A stretch of 63,980 nucleotides of DNA, filler included, from Dirinaria sp. TL-2023a (taxonomy: Eukaryota): the NCBI GenBank assembly GCA_051941275.1. It is 4 parts of 4 records of this genome, joined end to end, with 100 filler letters (N's around TTAATTAATTAA, not from the genome) between each part and the next. Parts side by side here need not be neighbours in the genome. Positions count along the whole stretch, not along the records: positions 1 to 16,009 come from JAVEBF010000513.1; positions 16,110 to 32,098 come from JAVEBF010000514.1; 2 more parts are not named here. The stretch is one strand, 5' to 3'. This document shows positions 13,145-23,295 of this stretch, piece by piece (position 1 is the first letter of the stretch; every line of letters begins with the position of its first letter). The translations under genes and the position numbers were made by a program. The notes below the pieces were generated by a model, which had not been told where the DNA came from, made no database searches, and saw only the letters and a program-made list of their open reading frames with translations.

Positions 13145-15087
13145 ATGTTCTCCTTCTTACCCCAATTCTCTCCTGAGTTGTCGCTGAAATTCTCTCTCGT
13201 TCTTTTGGGCTTATTCGTTGTTTACCATGGATTTCGAGCCATCTACCTTATCTACTTCAGTCCATTGGCCATTTTTCCAGGCTCAAAATGGGCAGCGTTG
13301 GGAGAGTAGTAGGTCTTTTCGTTGTTAATAAGTCTACACGTGCTGACCCAGTCAAGCTGGGAGGCGTATTGGAACATCGGCACCAAACCAGGCCATAAGG
13401 GACAAACATTGTTTAAGCTCGAACAGATGCATAAGAATTTAGGTTGGTCCTTGACTTCAATTTGAATATATCGAGTTGATTGTCCCTGACCGCTGCTCCG
13501 TAAAACATAGGAGGAGCACTTAGGATGGGACCGAACGAAGTCCATGTCTACGACCCAAGGTTCTACCATGAGCTGTATCGTCTTGGAAGCCGGTACTACA
13601 AAGATCCCTCAATGCACAAGGTCTTAGGAGCGCCATCAAGCACACTCGCCGAAAGCGATCCTGTTAGGCATAAGCAGCGGAAGGCGCCTCTGGAGCCCCT
13701 ATTTGCAAAGAAAAACATCCTCAAGCTTGAACCGATGCTTATGGATCACGTCGAACATTGCTCTGCCCGATTTGATCAGTACTGGACGGCAGGTAAGGCT
13801 GTGTCATTAGAATGGGCGTTGAAGTCACTTGCAATGGGTATGCAATAGGCATCGGCACATCCTTTGGTGGCTTGCTAACTGGAGTCTTAGACATGGTCTC
13901 TCAATTTGCTTTTGGGAAACCTTTAAACGCCTTAGAGGACCCTGACTTCAAATCACTACCCGTCCGTGTTTTCCAGCAGTACCTTCCAAGTCTACATGTC
14001 ATTAAAGCCTTTCCCTTTGTCAGATGGTTGAACAGTCTACCTCTATGGATAGCGAAGCGCATCTCGCACGCTGTCGAAATGGGGCGTGAGCTCGAAGAGG
14101 TACTCAAGAACAAGTATTTCAAGATGATGAAGATGCTTACGGTTACAGTTTGCCTCACGCAGAATAGACCAGTACATAAGCGACAACGCTCACGGGAAAA
14201 CTCCCTCATTCCCCACCATCATGGAACGTCTTCTGATTCCAATACCCGAAAAGGGCTATCAAGTCCCCAACAAGCAAGGGCTTCGAGACGAAATTCTGAC
14301 GACAGTTTCCGCCGGCAATGACACTACCGGGATCGCCACCCTCGTGACCATTTTTAATATCCTCCACAACCCGGACATCCACAGCCGGCTTCTGGCCGAA
14401 CTCAAAACTATCCTGCCTACACCAGAGTCGCACGCACCCTACCCTCAGTTGGAACAATTGCCATATCTTGTGAGTTTTTCCCACTCATCTAATTACATCA
14501 GTTCGTCTGACTAAGGTGCTTTCTTCCATTCATAGTCTGCCGTAATCAAAGAAGGTCTCCGACACTCATCTCCCGCTGCATCCCGTACCCCTCGTCTCGT
14601 ACCGCCAGGAGGCGTAACGCTACCAGATGGTCGATTCGTGCCAGAAGGTACACGCATCGGTATGGCAATCTACCATATCCACTACAACGAGACGATCTTC
14701 GAGGACCCAACCAAATTCGATCCCGAGCGCTGGTTAGGAACGGGCGAGGCAGTGGAGCGGCGGATGAAATTCATGGTCGCCTTTTCGCGCGGAAGCCGCT
14801 CTTGTCTGGGTATCAAGTAAGTCTGACCCCTTTTCTCTCATGCTCACTATTGCCCTATCTTCAATATCCAAAGGAGGAGCGGTTGCAAAAATTGCGAGTA
14901 AGACAACGAGCTCATCGTGCCGCACAGTCTGGCGTACATGGAAATGTACATGGCGATCGCGTACATCATCCGGCGCTTCGACCTGCAACTCACGGACACG
15001 ACTGTCCAAGACATGAAGTGGGATGATATGGTGGTCCCGCAGTTCCACGGTGAATGCAAGGTCTTGACTCCACGACGAAAAGACTAG
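13145..15087 (+). CDS. Cytochrome P450 monooxygenase (trichodiene-oxygenase-like; YanH-like), 7 exons
   Basis: N-terminal TM anchor and [17 protein letters not shown]-helix AGNDTT; KEGLR (ExxR); FDPERW; heme motif [10 protein letters not shown]; six GT-AG introns; ends ...TPRRKD*. Confidence 0.93.
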
Positions 15088-15799
15088 AAAATGTCCCTTC
15101 CTCAGTGCAAGTTCGTATGCGGTTAGACGATAGAACGATAGAACGATAGCAGCACCTTATGGTAGACGATCGGTGATGGGCGTAACAGATCATCCTCTTT
15201 GTCTAAATCCATTATACGCAATATCTATATTTCTTTCTTTTGCAAATCCGCTCAATAGCTTTGCAGAACCTCTCCTCGATCTGCTATATAAGGTATTTAA
15301 AACTACATCCTACTTTGGGGCACCCGTTGGCATGCCCGCTACTAAACGTCTTTCAAATGCCGCAAAAAGTCCCAGATCAGACTCTCCTCTACCACACGGC
15401 TGCTCTATTCCTTCAAACCATGTGTCCTGCAACCCTTCTTGTATGCTATAGAGGGTGCTGTGAAATAAGAAATAGCGAGGCATGGGAATAAGGTTTCTAT
15501 GGTTGGCATGATGGTGGGGTGGAGGGATTGGCAACTGCCCTTCAGCCTTCCCTGCCTAAAGCACATTGGCTAACATTTCGGATAGGATAACCAACGAGTA
15601 GATGCTGATCCGTCGGGTTGGAGCTCTTCTTCATCATTATGATTTGATTATTAATGTCATAAATACCTATGCAAATGAGGTAGGAGCACATTACCTTATG
15701 CAATGCTGTCGATCACGGATGACGAATCCCACGCTTAAATCATGTACCGAGTGTGCCTACCTTAAGGCTGAGGCTCCAAGGTAAAGTACCGTAACCTTA

Positions 15800-15813
15800 A
15801 TCTCGGCCGAGAT
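15800..15813. promoter_or_regulatory. 14-bp perfect palindrome ATCTCGGCCGAGAT
   Basis: Read directly; contains the same TCGGCCGA core, about 200 bp from the contig end. Confidence 0.4.
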
Positions 15814-16009
15814 CCTTACCTAAGCAGTCTAACATCTGGACCTACATTATTAATGTATGTACTTAGGTACCTACCTTACATTATGTATCCATCAACCTTA
15901 CATACGCTGTAGCTGAGGTACGTGAATCTGATGACACATCCATTCTCCTTCCATCACCCTATTTCCACAAAGAAAGTTGCGGCTGAGAGGAAGGTTTCAA
16001 AGAAACACC

Positions 16010-16109
16010 NNNNNNNNNNNNNNNNNNNNNNNNNNNNNNNNNNNNNNNNNNNNTTAATTAATTAANNNNNNNNNNNNNNNNNNNNNNNNNNNNNNNNNNN
16101 NNNNNNNNN
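16010..16109. other. Artificial contig spacer (N44-TTAATTAATTAA-N44)
   Basis: 100-bp N run with a six-frame stop linker at 16054-16065. Confidence 0.97.
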
Positions 16110-16779
16110 ATTCTACGCCGTCCGTCATGTCGGTCTGCCCCACATTCCCCAAAGGAGGGCGATGACCGAGGCATGTGGAACACGAGACTGAATAGATGTA
16201 CATTAGTGAATAAAGTAGTTAAGGTATGGTACATTGGTGGGAAGGAAATAGGGTAGGGTAGGGTAGGGTACTTAAGGTAAGGTAAAAGTACAGTATGTGA
16301 AGATAATACATGAGGTGATGATGCACCGGAAGACTCGGTAGCGGTGGAAGTTACTAGTGCAAAGGACTAACTAAAGTTGTTCTAGAAGCGGGTTGACCTC
16401 CAAGGCTCCAGCTGCATCGGTGTGGCTGGTGGGGGGTGTTTGAGTGGTGGGTGTGTGGCCGTTCCTGGTCCCTGGGACCGGCAATAACGCCGCATCCCCC
16501 GCATCTCCGAGACGGTCTGAGGATGATACGAAGTCGGCGGGTTGGGGTCAAAGTCAACTGCGCGAGCATATTCCAAATACCTGACCCAACGACACCCGCA
16601 CATGCACTGCCAACCAGGCAATCGTCCATGCCCATTCCTGCGGCATCGACGATCTCGGAGAAATATTCTTCATGGCTCGAGGACCCTCGAATTACATTTG
16701 TTTCCGACAATTTGCGTGACGTCAGAAACATGCGAAGGCATCCTCGTAAATTACGTTAAGGCAAGGCAGGATACCTTAG

Positions 16780-16815
16780 GTACCTTACCTAGGTACCTTA
16801 AGGTAGGTAAGGTAC
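16780..16815. repeat. AGGTA/TACCT inverted-repeat cluster
   Basis: GTACCTTACCTA (16780-16791) and TAGGTAAGGTAC (16804-16815) are perfect 12-bp inverted arms. Confidence 0.7.
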
Positions 16816-17992
16816 ATACATCAACTAAAGTACCTGGAGGGGAGATACCTGACCTTTCCTTATCTGACCTGTCACCTCGTATCGCGTGCTCAGCATTGTC
16901 AGGAACCTACCTCAACTACCTCAACTACCTCAAGTCCCAACCCCTCCACAATTGATGTGCATGCGGCAAGGTCCAGGACCTCACTGTAGGCTTGGAGGCA
17001 GCTGCGCCAAGGTCATTTCCAAGTTCGAACTTCGCCTGCGATGTTGCTGAAGGATCGGGGCCGGAATTCAACAAGAATCCTCTGTACTGCAATCCGGCCT
17101 CTGCCCCAACCTTTGTTAGGAGTTGTAGAACCAGTACTGAACACGCAGCTGTCATCCAGTCGCTGCGATCCGTTGATTGGGCACTACTTATTGCTTTGGG
17201 GCTTCAGATCGGGGCGGGTCGCTGGACCAATGATAGGACTGCATAGACAGCTTATTGATCCATACCACCTTCATCCGACTGTCTTCAACGAGGAGACAGT
17301 GATACCAAAGTGGTACTCCATTGTGCAACTCATTCAACCTCAAGTCTGCGGCACACCATGAACTCCCTTGGCGGAATACCTTACAAATCCACCGCTGCGG
17401 TCTAGGACACCGAACTGGCTAAGGTAAAGTGATGGACATGTAGGTACAGATGCAGTGGAGGTCTGGTCAAAGACGGCTTATCGCCATTCTGAAACCAGCC
17501 TGACAAATCATTGTGGCAACCATCCTTCTACTACTCCACTTGAGTTGACGGGAACAAAACGCATTAAAGCCACGGCTACCGTAATAGGTATGGTAAAGTA
17601 CAAGCGAAGTGCTATGCGCATCGCGCTGTTCGGAACAAGGGAGCTACCGTATGACAGCACCCTCATTCGCTGGCCCGCGTTGCCCGGTAGCCTAAGGTAG
17701 AAGGTGGAACAACAGACAAATAAATAGATGACGACCTCGCTATCGTACAGTATGGTGAAGGAGAAGAAGAACGAGAAGAAGTGGAAGAAGAAAAAGATCC
17801 AGCGCACCTTCCTTGCCATGCATCGCTACCGTCGCTCATGATGTGATTATGCTTTTGCGAATTGTATTAGTACGCGTCCTGTAGTATTAGAACGTGTTGT
17901 GATTGTGTCGAACCAGATAATGCCCATCGCATCTAATATCAGTCGCAAAGACGATCAAGGCCCATGCGTCGGAGCTGAGAGCGCCGCAGTGA

Positions 17993-20900
17993 TCAAGGAG
18001 CAGGAGAGGATGCCCGGGATGCTGGCGCGGTGTGGAACCTTTCCGACAGTTGCTCGATTTTGGGAATCAGCTCCGGAATACGGAATGGCTTGGAAACCAC
18101 GTCATCCTAGAGATACACGTCAGCATTGCGTCCAGGAGATGATGTGAGTGGACTTTGCAGACGTACCACTCCGGCATCGGTCGCCGTCTCGATCTGCTCA
18201 GCGCGGGCGTTCGCGGTAACAGCGATGATAGGCACATGTTGAACGATCTCCTTGCTCAGCTCCAACTCTCGTATCTTCCGTGCACAGGTCAGCCCATCCA
18301 TAACGGGCATTTCAAGATCCATCAAGATAAGCGTCAGATCAAGCGCGTTTGGCCCATGGTTCGACCAAAAAGTCGACTTCCGCAATTGGTCGAGGCACTC
18401 CTCACCGTGGTTGGCTATGAGCACAGGGTAGCCCAGATTTTCGAGTTGCTTTCTCAAGACCCTTTGATTGACGAGGTTGTCTTCTACAATCAGAATCTTT
18501 CGGCCATTAGAAGCAGTAGCTTTACTTGGTGCCGATTTTTCTACACGGGGGTTTGCTGCGTCCGTGGGGAGCTTCTGCCCGATCGAGGGTTTCCGCGAGC
18601 CTACAGTAGGCAGTTGTTCCAACACATTAGCGGGAGCCGTGGACCGCCGAGCTTTGACGTAGAAAGCAAAGGTACTCCCTTCTCCAGCTTTTGAGGAAAC
18701 CCCGATTTCACCACCTTGGAGCTCGACAAGCTCGCGAGAGATAAAAAGACCGAGCCCTGAGCCCCCGTACTGAACATGCGTCCGAGGGCTTGCCTGAGAG
18801 AATCGAAGGAAAAGAAGCTTCTTCTCATCTTCGGTAAGTCCACGTCCGGTGTCTTCGACGGCAAAGTGGATGTAGATCTTCTCGCCGGTGCCCCAGTCAG
18901 ATCCTTTGGTGAGATCCTTGTGCTTTGCGCGGGTCGGAAAATACGAAACGAATTTTAACCCTTCTTTGCTTGGTCGTTCTAAAGTTGCGCCTAATCTGAC
19001 GGTGATGACTCGCTTCTCGCGTGAGGAGGTGAACTTGATGGCATTGGTAATGAGGTTGATCAAGACTTGTAGCAAACGAGATGGATCGAGCTTGACCCAG
19101 TTCACGGAGAGCTTCTCCATTGATTCATCGACTGAGAAGTCGAGCTGGATATCCGCTGTTTGTACTTCGCCATCGAACATTTTCAAGGCTTTCTGAGCGA
19201 CGCTAACGGGTAACACATCGTCTGGGGTTACGAGCAGGAGTGCAGAATCCAGCTTCGAAAGAGTAAGTACATCATCAACAATCCTCTTTTGGTGCTGAGC
19301 GCAGAGAGCGATGGTATGCGCCGAGTCGACAGCATTATCGAGAAGGCTCCCAAACGAATGTTGAAGCGGGTCATGGTCAGATTGAAATGTTGTCAGAGTG
19401 GCAGATATCTCATCGGCACACTGCAGAATAGCACTTAGAGGATTACGCATTTCATGGCTTGTAATATCGATGAAGTTCTCTTGTTGGCGCTTGAGCTCCA
19501 CCGCTTCTTCTACTCGTCTCTTTTCGAAAAGCTCGGCCCATTTCTGTCGACTGATATCTGTGATGCTCCCAAATATAACTTTCAGTGTGCCATCCTCGTT
19601 CTTTTCCGGATATGCGCTGGCCAGAACCCAAGTATCTGCTTTGTTCCCCTGCGGGTCTTGCCATGACACTTTGAATCGGAACTCTGAGCTGAAAGCAATT
19701 GTGTCGTGCACTAATTTAGACCACAATGTCTTGACCATCTCCTTATCTTCATCCTTCACTGACTCCATCCATTCATCATATGCATGGGCCCCTTTGGGAG
19801 CTTTTGATATTTCGTACCAAGTATCATTACAGTACGTAATCTGGCCTCCTTCATCGGCCATGAAGATTCCTACAGGAACCAGCTCAGCCATTCGACTGAA
19901 CCTGGTCTCACTCTCTACAGCTTCCTGAGTTCTGGCTGCCAGCTGCTCCGACAGTTCTATCCTATCCAGAGCTGCCAGCCTCGCAGCGCGTCTACCGCGT
20001 GCGATCTCTTCTTCGAAGAGCACAACTGAAGCCATTGAAGTTGCGAGTTGCCGGCTCAGTAATTGAATAAAGAGGCTATAGTCGTCATCATATGGTCGTC
20101 TTGGGTTGATGCCCATAACAAGGAAACCAAGAACCGATTCTCCACCTGTCAGCTGTATCGGACAGATCACAGCCGCATTGCACGGGTCTCCGAAACCGCG
20201 CCACTCCAGACCGTCGAACAAGGCTGAGTCGAGTGTTCCATCTTCAACGCGTATCAAGGTAGGGTTTCCGCATGCTATGGTTTCTCGGAAAACACCTGCG
20301 AAGAACTCCGTGCCATTTTTGAGGTCGAAGCTGTGGGGCGCAATTCTGTGACCATCCGGGACACCGAGTTTGCCTTCGAGAGAACAGTGCTTTATCCCGG
20401 GGTTGGTACTGGACTGGATGGAAGATTCATCACTATCCACGTCATCCGAAACGGAATATATCAGCACGAATGGGGTGTCTGGCTGGTTTGTTTCCAAGGC
20501 CTTAAGGACTTGCCCCCAAAAGGCCCTTAATTCCGGTGCAGAACTTGTCTTCTCGCCAACCTCACGGAGAGTGAGCATCCGCCTCTCAGCAATCTTGCGT
20601 CTAGTTTTCTCGAACGCAGGATTGTATAGTCCAGCGACCGATCCATCGGAGCCGACAAGAGGGATTATCGACCACGAAAAATACGTCTCTTCGAGACAGC
20701 CGGGGAGCGACGACCTCTGAATGAAGAGACAATCGTCGTCCTTCATGGTTGCCTGGCCAGTGGACGTAGCGGTAGCGAATACATCTTTGACCTGATCCCA
20801 GATCTCTTGCCAGGCGACGCGATAGCTCTGGCCCATCAGTTGCGGATGCTTCTCACCAGCGAGGAGTATGTAAGCTTCATTATATATGGCCACCAGATCT

Positions 20901-22513
20901 TCTCCCCAGTACATTGCCGCGGGGTGTGGGCTTGCCATGATTAGATTGCACATACTTCTCAAATCCGAAGACCATCCTTCGATAGGGCCAAGGGCACTCG
21001 AAGCCCAGTCGATGCTGCGGGCAAATTGTATGTGGGGTGGAAGGGTTGGTGAGTTGGGTAGGCGGGTCCAATCGAAAAATCTCTGATCGGATCGTGAATG
21101 GATGTCAAAATGATCTACCTGGCCTGCTACAGCAGCACTTAGAATTGCTTCGTTTGGACGTGAAATCAAGGATTTCTCACTAGAACCCGAGCCCTCACGG
21201 AATGGGAGCGTTCGACTTTTTACATGAGCGACTGGATGATTATTATGCTGGTCAAGTGGCAATGGCGACCGACGCTGCTTTGTGGCGAGTCGATCTGCGC
21301 GAGACTTTGGACGAATTGCGTGACTAAAATAGTCCTGGGCTTCCTCAGGGACGAAGTCGACGTGCTTTGTCTGCGGCTCGACGAGCTCTACGCTCTCTTT
21401 TTCTGCAGATGATGAGGCAGACAGTCCGAAAGAGGGCGAGTTGCCGCCAAAGCTAGCGGATCCGGTGCTTGGGACACCTCGTGCCACACGGAGACGTTTC
21501 CTGATAGTAGTGCATATCCACGTCACTCCGGCGAAAGAAAAAGAAGGCAGTGTCACGTCAAGAGATTGGTTGTTCTTGACATAGCTGGTAATCCAGGCTT
21601 TGAATTCATTGAAGGCTGTTGTCGTACTCAAGCCGGGAGAGTTCAAATCAGTTTTGCCGGTGACCATTTCCAGAAGCCCCATTGATGCCTTCAGCGCTAT
21701 ATTCGAGAAGACTATGTTCAAGGGTCCTGGCTCCAGATTGGCAGCATTGCCCAAGTCGATGACGAACGTTGGACGATCGTCTTGATCGAGAAGCTCGAGT
21801 ACGCTGATTTGTTGCAGGAGACTCAGGCTTGACGACTTCGCCTCTTCAGCTGGTGACCTCAGCTTGACCGAGGAGCCTGACACAGACTGTGCACTTGGTG
21901 TCCGCAGCGGGCGACTCGGGCGACCTGGGCTTGTCGGTGTTCCACGCGCCAGTCTAAGCGTCTTGACCTTGGCTGCCTCTTCTTTGTTTGCTTTACCTAA
22001 CATCGCGGCTCCGGCTTCTGAACTTGAGAGTCGATACGGCAGTGATGGACGAAGCTGAGGCTTGTCGGAGAAGAAGAGTGGTGACGGTCGCTCGGACTCC
22101 TCGCAGGTCTTGCTTAGAGAGCTTGGGGAGCTTGGGGTACGTCGCGATTGAGAGTGGTGACGAACCCTCTTCTTGTGAGGAGGTTGACCACTACTCCAGC
22201 TTGAAGGTTGTCTGACAAGCGGAGGTCTGATGCTGTCCGTGAATGGTTGTGGGGCCGCGTTTGGCTGACTAGGGCCTTTGTTTACGGAGTTCCATGGTGG
22301 ACCCAGAGTCGCTTCTAGATGTGTCGAAGAACGGCGCGCACTCTTGGTAGACTCGGATTTGAGCTGCAGATTGGAAGGAGCGGAGGAGTGTGGGGTTGGA
22401 GGATGAGCACTCGAGCTTCTGGACCGTTTGAAAGATCGGCGAGCTTGAGATATTGAGTCGTCTCTGCTGTGGAAACTTGACGGCACAGTGAAGATTGACC
22501 GCGGAACATTCAT
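17993..22513 (-). CDS. Hybrid two-component histidine kinase (PAS/GAF sensor, HisKA, HATPase, receiver)
   Basis: H-box FIDITSHEMRNPLSAI; N-box QVLINLITNAIKFT; G1 DTGRG; G2 GGSGLGLFIS; receiver ILIVEDN...ILMDLEMPVMDG. Intron 18107-18166 adds the last exon DDVVSKPF...SSPAP*. Confidence 0.95.
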
Positions 22514-23295
22514 AGAGACATCCGAACCGGCTGAGACCGCTCGAGTTCCCTACTTGAGTCGCAGCTCATTCTCTTTCCAGATTGAATCGCACGATCTCGA
22601 GGACTGGTGGACCTGCAGGACAAGCTACTTTCGATCGAGCTGCTTTGACGGATGCTTAGTATAGAGATTCCGCGAAAAGTGAGTGAGGACTAAAGTATCT
22701 TCGATTGCCGTCGCAGCGATGACTACCTGATGCTACAAGGTCTCTACCGGTTCTTTGGAGGCATGGACGCTATACAGTACATGTACTTTACGGTTTCTGG
22801 CCTAGAGGTACTTGGACGGCCCAGTGGTTCAGCTCAGGCACCCTCGGCACACCCGACTCGGCACACATACCACGACAGGCGGTGCCAAGAAACGCCCTTG
22901 GCGTAAGGTAAGATGAAGTACTCGTACTTGTACCGAGATACCTCAAGTAATCACAAGGTAGACCTTAGGTACGAGCTGACGTATACTAAAGGTACCTGAA
23001 CTTCCTTTTTCCAACTTCTATTCCATCTTCTACCTACATGTTACCTTACATAAGGTACCTAGACCTGACCTACCTTACCACACGTAGGTATTCAATGTCT
23101 GCCTGCCTAATGTACCCAAGGTGGTAACGCCTTCTTTTCAACTTTGGTCGTCATCACTCAATGAACGCTAATGCTCAACCGTATCCGACAAGTGTGGATC
23201 GTGGCTTTGATTGGCTTCATAGCTACTCAAGCTGGCTTTAGATATCCTGTAAGGTAGGCTGGGTACGCATGGCTTTGCTTAAACAGGAAGACCCT

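Larger units (their letters stand above)
127..15087. other. Secondary-metabolite (meroterpenoid) biosynthetic gene cluster, partial, yanuthone/macrophorin-like
   Basis: Six adjacent genes, all tailoring enzymes or a regulator: FAD oxidase, UbiA prenyltransferase, Zn2Cys6 TF, SDR, MBOAT, P450. Confidence 0.8.

Noticed and set aside
16054..16065. TTAATTAATTAA palindrome (also 32143 and 48209) as a biological element or TTAA target site
   Set aside because: It is centred in identical N runs; an assembly linker.
16249..16270. (TAGGG)4 as a telomeric repeat
   Set aside because: Not TTAGGG, only four units; a simple microsatellite.
16110..17990. Short ORFs (60-140 aa) as missing cluster genes
   Set aside because: No recognisable motifs or consistent splice structure, and on a different contig.
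18155..22215. Many antisense ORFs over the kinase and other large genes
   Set aside because: Shadow ORFs on the opposite strand of real coding sequence; no motifs.
17993..22513. Histidine kinase as regulator of the biosynthetic cluster
   Set aside because: Separated by an artificial spacer; no evidence of real linkage.
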